Shown one piece after another: positions 35,691-43,870 of a stretch of DNA of 64,000 nt; position 1 is the first letter of the stretch; the number at the start of each line of letters is the position of its first letter. Below the pieces are notes generated by a model. It saw nothing but the letters and a program-made list of their open reading frames with translations, made no database searches and had not been told where the DNA came from. The position numbers and the translations under genes were made by a program. The stretch spans positions 17,772-81,771 of the forward strand of contig CAZZJS010000001.1 of assembly GCA_964654855.1 (NCBI GenBank), read 5' to 3'. The DNA is from an uncultured Rickettsiales bacterium (lineage in GTDB: Bacteria > Pseudomonadota > Alphaproteobacteria > Rickettsiales > JALZUV01).

Positions 35691-36775
35691 GTTTGAACTG
35701 AATAATCGGATGAAGAATAAGATAGGTTATAAGCTGGTACATGGTTCAGCAATGTTGCTATGGGGATAATAGACGGAGATTTATGATAAGTTCTGCCGCC
35801 AGCTTCAATCAATTGCTGTAAGGCTGTTTCTGGTGAAATTAGGGTTATTTCATTTCTATGCCTCTCTCCAAAATGTGGAAAAATAATCGCAGAAACGGCT
35901 GATGTTTGGCCTAATGGCACGGCATTTCTAATTTGATTATAGGTTACTCCATATCGAGGTGCAGTTGAATTTGGTTCTTCAAACCCTAGCTCCTTTGCTT
36001 CTCTTAGATTTAAAGAACCTGCTTTTAATCCAATCGGGGTTGGGAAAGAAAATACAGCTTTGCCATTGCGATGCAAAGGTAAGACATCGTCAGCCATAAA
36101 GTTAAAGCCTGCAGCAACAAGCCCCGCCGTAAGGGTTGATTTTCCGTAACCGCTTTTCTGGGTAATAAGAAGTGTTTTATTATCTTGATTGGTCGCGCAG
36201 CTCGCATGCAAAATAGCGCCGACGTTTTCCGGATTACATAAATGAGCGGCGGCCTCTCTAAATACTAAGTTACGTGCTAAGTCTATATTACAGCTCCCCC
36301 ATAAGGGTTGTTGATTCAGAAAAACTCCAAATTCATTTGCGATCGAAATAATCTCAATTACAGCAGAAGTCGAGTTGCTTATCTCATCAGAATATGCGGT
36401 AAAAACTTCCTGTATCTGTCGAAATAAATGTTCATCATCGCATCGAATATGCAGGCTGTTATGTTCTGATTTTAGCTGTAGTTGTTGGTACGGTTTGCTG
36501 ATAGGGCGGTAAGTGACGGTTGTGGGGAAGGCTGGTTTTTGGGTATCCAGCAATCCAGCTTCGTGCCATGCTTGTAATATGTCTGCATGGGCAGAGCTCG
36601 AGCGGCCTTCACGCAAATCATGATATAAATCATAGCCATCCTGATTGGATAAAATAATGGCATCCGAAAGAGGGGAGTGAAGAATATAACTGTCTCCCAA
36701 CGGCGTGCATTCCAGTGTGGAAATGCTGCTAGGTTCTAATTTCTGATGAAGGCTCAGGCTCATTAATAGAGTCAT
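35669..36775 (-). CDS. HprK-related kinase (HPr kinase C-terminal-like P-loop) with N-terminal PqqD/RRE-like region
   Basis: P-loop and flanks LITQKSGYGKSTLTAGLVAAGFNFMADDV resemble the HprK catalytic core. The first ~80 aa (YILHSPLSDAIILSNQDGYDLYHDLREGRSS..ILQAWHEAGLL) look PqqD-like by eye. Confidence 0.65.
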   Translation of the reverse strand: MTLLMSLSLHQKLEPSSISTLECTPLGDSYILHSPLSDAIILSNQDGYDLYHDLREGRSSSAHADILQAWHEAGLLDTQKPAFPTTVTYRPISKPYQQLQLKSEHNSLHIRCDDEHLFRQIQEVFTAYSDEISNSTSAVIEIISIANEFGVFLNQQPLWGSCNIDLARNLVFREAAAHLCNPENVGAILHASCATNQDNKTLLITQKSGYGKSTLTAGLVAAGFNFMADDVLPLHRNGKAVFSFPTPIGLKAGSLNLREAKELGFEEPNSTAPRYGVTYNQIRNAVPLGQTSAVSAIIFPHFGERHRNEITLISPETALQQLIEAGGRTYHKSPSIIPIATLLNHVPAYNLSYSSSDYSVQTCLKLTT

Positions 36776-37189
36776 ATCATACTCGCAAAAGACATGAAAC
36801 CATTTGCAATGACTCTTGCAAGAGGCTGTTTTTTAATGCCAGTAGAGAAGTTTACGTTCTTTTCTTATCAGAGGAGAATCCTGAAGGTGTATTTTCTAAT
36901 AGGGGTAATCACCCTTAAGTTGTCTAAACTTCTGTTAGTAAACTTGGCTATTTATTAAGAAAGTGTTTCAATATTAATACAGTTTTTGACAAAAGTAGCG
37001 CTAGTGCGGGTTAAAAATTCCATCTTCAGGCTATTTCTGTATTATGTAATTCAATGTGTTGGTAAGCTAAGTAATAGTTTTGGTACGCTTCTTGAAGATG
37101 CAGTTTCGAAAGAAGTGGAAAAGTGGGATATTAGAATTGCTATGGTTGTAAGTAAGTTGTCAAATATTGTAAGCGGCCGAGGTTTTGCT

Positions 37190-38377
37190 ATGGGGCGCAC
37201 AGCGCTGCATTTGTTGGCGGCAGGTTTTTTGTTAAATGGTTGTATGGCAGTTCCTGCCGATGGTCCATCAGCAGGTGCAGTTGCTTCTGCAGCAGGTGAA
37301 CGTATTCAAGGTAGCGTGAACGGAGAAGGCGACGGTAATTTACCGTTCGTTTTTGTTGACGCAAATGATGAGAATATTGGTATTGTTTCTGAAGCGGATG
37401 CTTATGGTCATTTCAAAGGTGAGTTTACAGATCGTCGCGATGCGGCAGATATCCGTATTGGTTTAGGTGATACGATTCGAGTGACAATATTTGAGGCTGG
37501 CTCAGGTGGTTTGTTTGTACCTGCGAGTGGTTCATTGAGCTCAGGAAACTTTGTATCCATGCCTGATCAGGAAGTGGATCGTACGGGTAGTATTACGGTT
37601 CCTTATGCAGCAAAAGGAAAAGACGGTGGTGTCATTAAAGTTTATAACCGCCGCCCAATTGAAGTGCAGGCAGATATTGAGCGCCGATTAGCTGATCGTG
37701 CGATTGAGCCGCAAGCGGTCGTGACGATTATTAACCGTACGTCAAATCTTTACTCTGTTATTGGTGATGTGAATGCTCCGGGTCGTTTCAACGTTCCGCA
37801 AGGTGGTATTCGTATACTTGATGCAATTGGTATGGCAGGCGGCTTGAACGGCACTGATTACGAAACATTAGTTACCTTGCAGCGCGATGGTAAGTCATCT
37901 ACTGCGCGTATTGTGTCTTTGTTAGATCAACCGCAGAATAATGTGTTTGTTCGCCCTAGTGATATTCTCTCGCTTAAGAAAGAAGAGCTTTATTATAATG
38001 TGTTAGGTGCGGTTACAGAAAGTGGTCGTATCTCATTGAACGAAGAAAAAGTGACACTGGCTGATGCGATATCGCGAGCAGGTGGATTAGATATTGAGCG
38101 TTCAGAGGCAAAATCGGTTCTGATCTATCGTGACGAAAGTAAGAGTACTTTGAGAGATATTGGTGCGAAAGTTGAAGGGCCTGAACTCTCAAGTCGTGAT
38201 AAAGTTCCAACCGTGTATCGTGTAAACTTACGTGATCCGAATGGTATCTTTGTCGCTCAGAAATTACAGCTGCGTCACAATGATATGGTTTATGTTGATA
38301 ACCATCCGATTGTAGGAACCAGCCGTATTCTTTCTATTATACGTGATCTTCTGGTGGTGCGCGTGATAGATGGCTAA
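37190..38377 (+). CDS. wza: Outer-membrane polysaccharide export lipoprotein (Wza/OPX family)
   Basis: Lipoprotein signal MGRTALHLLAAGFLLNG-C, Poly_export motif IGLGDTIRVTIFE and two SLBB-like repeats (GDVNAPGRF...ILDAIGMAGGL and GAVTESGRI...LADAISRAGGL). Alternative starts are at 37142 and 36986. Confidence 0.85.
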   Translation: MGRTALHLLAAGFLLNGCMAVPADGPSAGAVASAAGERIQGSVNGEGDGNLPFVFVDANDENIGIVSEADAYGHFKGEFTDRRDAADIRIGLGDTIRVTIFEAGSGGLFVPASGSLSSGNFVSMPDQEVDRTGSITVPYAAKGKDGGVIKVYNRRPIEVQADIERRLADRAIEPQAVVTIINRTSNLYSVIGDVNAPGRFNVPQGGIRILDAIGMAGGLNGTDYETLVTLQRDGKSSTARIVSLLDQPQNNVFVRPSDILSLKKEELYYNVLGAVTESGRISLNEEKVTLADAISRAGGLDIERSEAKSVLIYRDESKSTLRDIGAKVEGPELSSRDKVPTVYRVNLRDPNGIFVAQKLQLRHNDMVYVDNHPIVGTSRILSIIRDLLVVRVIDG

Positions 38378-38410
38378 GGGGTTTTCCTCTAGCCTTCGCG
38401 CGGAGCATAG

Positions 38411-39724
38411 ATGCCGCTATTGTCAAAACTTTCCCGATTGGATTACTGCGCGTTAGGGCTAGCGTTTCTATTATCTTTTGGCTGTGCCGCACGAGGGCTA
38501 GTTTATGATAGCTTTTTGGTAATAGCTCTTTGCTTTTTCGTACCGCTTATGTGGATGAGTTTTAACTCTGTTTACAAAGTTCATGCCCTTATGATGAAGG
38601 CAACAATCACGGGTGTTATTATTTTTGCGTTATGGGTATTAGGGCAGTCTTTTTTAGTTGATTCATTTAACCAAGCAGCGTGGTTGAGTTCTATCTGCAA
38701 TGTTATTTTAGTGGCTCTTGTCGCAGTGATAGCGCTTCAAGTCGGCGCTAGCTCATCGGCATCGCATTTGTTTATTTCAGGCGTGTTATTCTTCAATATT
38801 CTTCTGGTGAGCCTTACCTTCCTTGCTTATCGCTCAGGCTTATCGTTACACCCAGACTATTATTCACATGGGTTGGTGAACCCTAATAATGCTGCAAGCT
38901 ATCTAGGCGTGATGTTGATTGTTGCAATCTCGCAGTTTAGCCGAGTGACACGTCATTTCATGAAACGCAGCCGCAAAGGGTTCTTTCAACGGTTAGAGAG
39001 TTTGAAGCTGAGCAGCGCCCTACAAATCTTGCTGATATGTTTTGGTTGTTTCTTGTTTTTAGCCGGATTGTTTCTTACCGGTTCGCGAGGGGGAGTGGCG
39101 CTTTCCTTACTAGTAGTTATGGGCTTAATCATACTATTTTTTATGAAACGCGAACAAAAAGGTTTTTTGACTTTTATCATTTTCGGAGGGGTAGGCTTTT
39201 TAGTATTAGCCACCATGGTGAGTCAATTTAGTGCAGAATTAATCGAAGATTTGTCAAAACAAGGATTAGACGGAGATGTTCGGCCGGAGCTATTTGCGGC
39301 TATTATTCCAATGATTGCCGATCAACCTTTCTTTGGTCATGGATTGGGAAGTTTTTACAGTCATTTTCAATCTTATCGCTCAGCTGAAATGCCTGTGGAA
39401 GGGCTATATGATAAGGCACATAGCCACTATCTAGAGCTTGCTGCGGAAATGGGGCTATTTATTTTAGCTGTGGTACTTTTGGGCGCTTTCATTCTATTGC
39501 GGCAGTTTATTATAGGATTGAAACAACATAAGAGGCATCACGAAATTCCAGCGATGGGATTGGCAGTATTGGTGCTGATGGGCTTGCATTCTACCTTTGA
39601 TTTTCCATTACAAATACCGGGAATTTTAGTGTTAACTCTCGCGATATTGTTGGTGAGTGCAGTACAATCAGACAAGGCTTATCTGATGAGTCGCGCTAAC
39701 AAGGTTAAACCTTTAAAGAAGTGA
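38411..39724 (+). CDS. O-antigen ligase / Wzy_C family membrane protein
   Basis: About 11 TM segments with a periplasmic loop motif GHGLGSF...AHSHYLELAAEMGLF typical of Wzy_C/O-antigen ligase-like proteins. Confidence 0.75.
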   Translation: MPLLSKLSRLDYCALGLAFLLSFGCAARGLVYDSFLVIALCFFVPLMWMSFNSVYKVHALMMKATITGVIIFALWVLGQSFLVDSFNQAAWLSSICNVILVALVAVIALQVGASSSASHLFISGVLFFNILLVSLTFLAYRSGLSLHPDYYSHGLVNPNNAASYLGVMLIVAISQFSRVTRHFMKRSRKGFFQRLESLKLSSALQILLICFGCFLFLAGLFLTGSRGGVALSLLVVMGLIILFFMKREQKGFLTFIIFGGVGFLVLATMVSQFSAELIEDLSKQGLDGDVRPELFAAIIPMIADQPFFGHGLGSFYSHFQSYRSAEMPVEGLYDKAHSHYLELAAEMGLFILAVVLLGAFILLRQFIIGLKQHKRHHEIPAMGLAVLVLMGLHSTFDFPLQIPGILVLTLAILLVSAVQSDKAYLMSRANKVKPLKK

Positions 39725-40828
39725 CTTAATTTTCTCAATATAGGCATTAATTACAATATTCTGGTCGAACTCTGCTTCGGCTTTTTTGCGGCTGGCTTTG
39801 CCCATCTCCGCACGTTTCTCATCAGAAAGTTCAATAAAATGAATCATTTGTTTGGCGAGATCCTTTGAGTCTTTTAGTTTGCAGAGGAAACCGTTTTTAC
39901 CATCGTCAATTGTGTGTTTGCAGCCAGGTACATTAGTGGCAATAAGCGGAGTGCCCATTGCGAGCCCTTCAAGCAATGTGCGCGACATACCCTCGCGATA
40001 CGAAGGTAGTACAACCACATCATTGGCTGCAATCACATCACGTATTTCATCGGTTTCACCAAGATAATTCATCGTTCCTTCAGCCACCCATCGCTGAATC
40101 TCATCCGACGAAATAGCGGTTCGGTTTGCAATACCATGCGGGCCAACTAGATTGAAAGTAGCGTTAGGGTATTGCTGTTTAACAATACGGGCGGCTTCCA
40201 CATATTCGCCAATGCCTTTATCGCGCAGCATGCGGGAAATGAGCACAAAATGAATGCCGTTTTTAGAGGTTTTAGGGCGAGGTTGGTAATGGTTTAAATC
40301 AATTCCAGAACCAGGGATTATTCGTGTCTTAACTTCGTCGACTAGGTTTTCTCTAATAAAAAGTGCACGGTCTTCCCCATTCTGAAAAAATACACAGGAA
40401 GAAAAGCGGAATGCCTGCCGGTAGAGCATTTTGGCAATTAACGTTACCCAGTTACGTTTGATAAAAACGGTGCCGAGGCCTGAGACATTATTGATAATTG
40501 GAATCTTCAGTAACGCGCAGGCAAAGCTACCATAAACATTAGGCTTAATTGTATAGCCAAGCATGATGTCAGGCTTCAGCTTTTTCAATAAACGAATATA
40601 GCGGCAGAATAAGATGAAATCCTGAATTGGAGAAGAGCCAGCGTTACTCATGCTGATAGGGTGGTGGCTGGTTACCAGTGCTGCGAGACGTTCGCTATAG
40701 GCGTCATTGGGCGCCGCAGTAATGACCTCGTAGCCGTTTTGCTGTAATGCTTCAATCAGAGAGCGACGGAAATTATAAATATTCCAAGAAGCATTGATCG
40801 ATATTAAAATACGCTGCTTATCACTCAT
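39713..40828 (-). CDS. Glycosyltransferase family 4 (GT-B)
   Basis: C-terminal EX7E region LPSYREGMSRTLLEGLAMGTPLIATNVPG. The N-terminal Rossmann motif is ILISINASWNIYNFR. Confidence 0.85.
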   Translation of the reverse strand: MSDKQRILISINASWNIYNFRRSLIEALQQNGYEVITAAPNDAYSERLAALVTSHHPISMSNAGSSPIQDFILFCRYIRLLKKLKPDIMLGYTIKPNVYGSFACALLKIPIINNVSGLGTVFIKRNWVTLIAKMLYRQAFRFSSCVFFQNGEDRALFIRENLVDEVKTRIIPGSGIDLNHYQPRPKTSKNGIHFVLISRMLRDKGIGEYVEAARIVKQQYPNATFNLVGPHGIANRTAISSDEIQRWVAEGTMNYLGETDEIRDVIAANDVVVLPSYREGMSRTLLEGLAMGTPLIATNVPGCKHTIDDGKNGFLCKLKDSKDLAKQMIHFIELSDEKRAEMGKASRKKAEAEFDQNIVINAYIEKIKSLL

Positions 40829-40835
40829 GTGTACC

Positions 40836-41885
40836 TTACTTAAATATCACATTTTGATAAGGTAAGTAGGCGCTAGCATTATTAGCCAGAGAGAGCCAAC
40901 CTGCTAAAAGCAGAACGTGCAAAATCACAATGCCTAAGATAGCAATTTGCATATTACGTTTGCCCAAAATATACGTAAAAGCGGGATAAACCATCATCGG
41001 AACAAAATAGAGATAAATGGTTAAGCGGCTGGCGGCTGTAGAGGAGAAGAAATTTAACACAATAACGCCTAGTGTTGCATAAAGCCCGAAACTTAAAAGT
41101 TGTGGTTTCGAAATGTAAGGAGCGATGCGGCGGCGAAATATGAATGCTAGGAATGCGGGGATAGCAATCATAGCAATATGGAATATAGAACCTAGTGACG
41201 CGGCACCTTGGGGGTCGCTAATATAGCTTTGCTCATAGCGGCTGATATTCTCTGAAAAGATAGCCAGTTTGCTTCCAAGAAAGATAGTGATGGCTAAAAT
41301 AATACCGCCAAAGAAAAGCCTGTAAAAGAGGTGGAGTCGTAATTGAGCAATAATGAAAAGTGAGTTAACCAATGCGCTTGTATGAAAAAAAGCAGCTCCT
41401 AAAATATAAGCTCCGCGGCGTTTTAGGCTTATTTGATTCCAGTTTGCCAGCAAAATGAGAATTACCCCAGCGGCCATAATTTGGCGAATACCAGACATAC
41501 CCACTACAAAGATGAAATAAGGGCTAGCTGCTAAAAGCGATATCCAAGGGTTACAGGTGTGTTTAGAAAAACTATAAACCCCGCACATCATGATAATTGC
41601 CGCTACAATGTTGGTGAAATAAACACCCGTCCCGAATAATTCAGAAAACCAGAACAAAGTGTACGAAAAAGGTTCTGTCAGGAAGGCTATTTCACCGAGA
41701 CTAAGCTCACTTGCCATGGCGTGAAGTTGGATATATTGCCCCCAATCAGGACCCACTTCATAGCGCAAGCCAACAAACAAAACATAAATCACAAACACCA
41801 AAATCCACGAAGGATAGGAGATTCGCCGTGGGTTAAGGAATGCGAAGAATGATGGCAGCAAAATCAATATAATATAAGCCGCCAT
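40836..41885 (-). CDS. EpsG-family (Wzy-like) polysaccharide polymerase candidate
   Basis: About 10 TM segments with the N-terminal motif VGLRYEVGPDWGQY typical of the EpsG family. Confidence 0.65.
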   Translation of the reverse strand: MAAYIILILLPSFFAFLNPRRISYPSWILVFVIYVLFVGLRYEVGPDWGQYIQLHAMASELSLGEIAFLTEPFSYTLFWFSELFGTGVYFTNIVAAIIMMCGVYSFSKHTCNPWISLLAASPYFIFVVGMSGIRQIMAAGVILILLANWNQISLKRRGAYILGAAFFHTSALVNSLFIIAQLRLHLFYRLFFGGIILAITIFLGSKLAIFSENISRYEQSYISDPQGAASLGSIFHIAMIAIPAFLAFIFRRRIAPYISKPQLLSFGLYATLGVIVLNFFSSTAASRLTIYLYFVPMMVYPAFTYILGKRNMQIAILGIVILHVLLLAGWLSLANNASAYLPYQNVIFK

Positions 41886-42004
41886 AGGACTCCCTTTTTT
41901 TAATAGAAGATTCTAAAATTTATACAGTTTTTATGAGAAGTTCCAAGTGAAGAAAAATGAAAAACCAATAGTCATTCGTCTCTGATTCTGTGATACTTCA
42001 GCCC

Positions 42005-43852
42005 ATGTGCGGCATTGCTGGAATAAGGTCAAATAAACACGCGAATTTGGAAAAAGTCGCTGAACATATGGCACAACAGCTAATGCACCGTGGGCCAGAT
42101 GATCAGGGTGTATGGTCGGATCAGGACGCTGGTATCGCGTTGGCGCATCGCCGCTTATCAATTATCGATTTATCGCAGGCGGGGCATCAGCCGATGGAGT
42201 CGGCTTCGGGGCGTTATATGCTCAGCTATAATGGCGAGATTTATAATTTTCAGGCATTGCGTGAGCAGTTGAATGTTTTGTGGAAAGGAACATCCGACAC
42301 AGAAGTATTGTTAGCTGCGATTGAAGCTTGGGGAGTTAAGAAGGCACTGCAACAGGCGCAGGGTATGTTCGCCTTGGCCTTATGGGATAAGCAGGAGCGT
42401 ACCCTAACTTTAGCGCGTGATCGTATCGGGGAAAAACCGCTTTATTATGGTTGGTGGGAAGGTGATTTGCTATTTGCCTCCGAGCTGAAAGCGCTCAAAG
42501 CGGTGGATGGGTTCGCGCCGAGAATTAACCGTACTGCGCTGCTGCATTATGCGCGTTATAGCTACATTGCAGCGCCAGAATCGATTTATGAAGCCATTCA
42601 TAAACTGGAGCCAGGGCATTATGTGACGATTGCTCATGATGCGCAGAGTAGCGCACAACCGAAAGCTTATTGGTCGCTCAAAGAGCAAATGCAAAAAGCA
42701 ATGACGAATCGCTCCAGTGCTTCTGAAAAAGCGTTAATTGATGCGTTAGAGCAAACATTGAGTGAGGCCGTTGGCCGTCAGTTAATTTCTGATGTGCCGT
42801 TAGGTTCCTTCTTATCGGGGGGGATTGATTCGACAGCCATCACGCTGATGATGCAGCGCCAGTCGAGCACTCCAGTGAAAACGTTTAGCATTGGTTTTCA
42901 AGAAGGTGGGTTTGACGAGGCACCCTATGCAAAGAAGATCGCCGAGCATTTAAAAACGGAGCATACGGAGCTTTACGTTACACCAGACCAAGCGCGAGAG
43001 GTGATTCCGAATTTGCCACAGCTTTATGATGAGCCCTTTGCTGATTTCTCGCAAATACCCACTTATCTGGTTGCGCAAATGGCCAAGCAGCATGTGACAG
43101 TAGCGCTTTCAGGTGATGGCGGTGATGAGGTGTTTGGTGGCTATAATCGTCATATCCACGCGCCAAGTTTATGGAAAAAAATACAGCTGCTGCCATATCC
43201 GTTACGCAAAGCTGCCGCTCAATTGCTGAAGGGGGTGCCGCTACACTCTTCAGGGCATCGTCAAAAATTGATTCAGGCGATGAAAGCAAGGAGTGAAGCG
43301 GAGTTTTATCAATCACTCTGTTCGATTTGGCATGAGCCGGAATCTTTGGTGATTGGCGCGCAGGAGTCACTATTAAACTCGTCGGTTGATATGCCTTTTG
43401 CCCAATGGATGATGCAACAAGATATGCTTACCTATCTACCGGGAGATATCCTCACCAAAGTAGATAGGGCAGCGATGGGTGTGAGTTTGGAAACGCGTAT
43501 TCCATTTTTGGATGTGGAGCTGATGGAATTTGCTTGGGCTTTACCGCTAGAAATGAAAATTCGTGATGGTGAAGGTAAATGGCTGCTGCGCCAGTTGCTT
43601 TATCGCCATATTCCGCAAGAATTGATTGATCGTCCGAAAGCAGGTTTCGCCCTGCCATTAGGCCAATGGTTACGTGGGCCATTACGCGAATGGGCGGAGC
43701 ATCTGTTAAGCGAAACAAAGCTGCGTCAGCAAGGTTATTTCAGGCCGGAGCCTGTTTTGGCTGCATGGAAAGAGCTGCTAAAAGGTAATGATTTTATGGA
43801 AGCTCGATTGTGGAATGTGCTGATGTTTCAAAGTTGGCTAGAGCATCAATAG
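42005..43852 (+). CDS. asnB: Asparagine synthase (glutamine-hydrolysing) family amidotransferase
   Basis: Starts with MCGIAG (Ntn Cys nucleophile). The glutaminase domain includes HRGPDD and the PP-loop is SGGIDS. About 615 aa. Confidence 0.9.
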   Translation: MCGIAGIRSNKHANLEKVAEHMAQQLMHRGPDDQGVWSDQDAGIALAHRRLSIIDLSQAGHQPMESASGRYMLSYNGEIYNFQALREQLNVLWKGTSDTEVLLAAIEAWGVKKALQQAQGMFALALWDKQERTLTLARDRIGEKPLYYGWWEGDLLFASELKALKAVDGFAPRINRTALLHYARYSYIAAPESIYEAIHKLEPGHYVTIAHDAQSSAQPKAYWSLKEQMQKAMTNRSSASEKALIDALEQTLSEAVGRQLISDVPLGSFLSGGIDSTAITLMMQRQSSTPVKTFSIGFQEGGFDEAPYAKKIAEHLKTEHTELYVTPDQAREVIPNLPQLYDEPFADFSQIPTYLVAQMAKQHVTVALSGDGGDEVFGGYNRHIHAPSLWKKIQLLPYPLRKAAAQLLKGVPLHSSGHRQKLIQAMKARSEAEFYQSLCSIWHEPESLVIGAQESLLNSSVDMPFAQWMMQQDMLTYLPGDILTKVDRAAMGVSLETRIPFLDVELMEFAWALPLEMKIRDGEGKWLLRQLLYRHIPQELIDRPKAGFALPLGQWLRGPLREWAEHLLSETKLRQQGYFRPEPVLAAWKELLKGNDFMEARLWNVLMFQSWLEHQ

Positions 43853-43870
43853 TCGTTAAGGTATTCCTAT

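Noticed and set aside
36776-37141. JUMPStart/ops (GGCGGTAG) element, or a leader attenuator (TTGCAA-N6-TTGCAA hairpin plus T-run at 36804-36835), upstream of wza.
   Set aside because: No GGCGGTAG match was found by eye. The hairpin is a weak 6-bp AU-rich stem lying upstream of the only promoter-like hexamer, so it has no clear function.
41931-42161. 76-aa minus-strand ORF spanning the EpsG/asnB intergenic region and the asnB 5' end.
   Set aside because: It overlaps the strongly supported asnB N-terminus (MCGIAG...) in antisense and has no RBS or motif.
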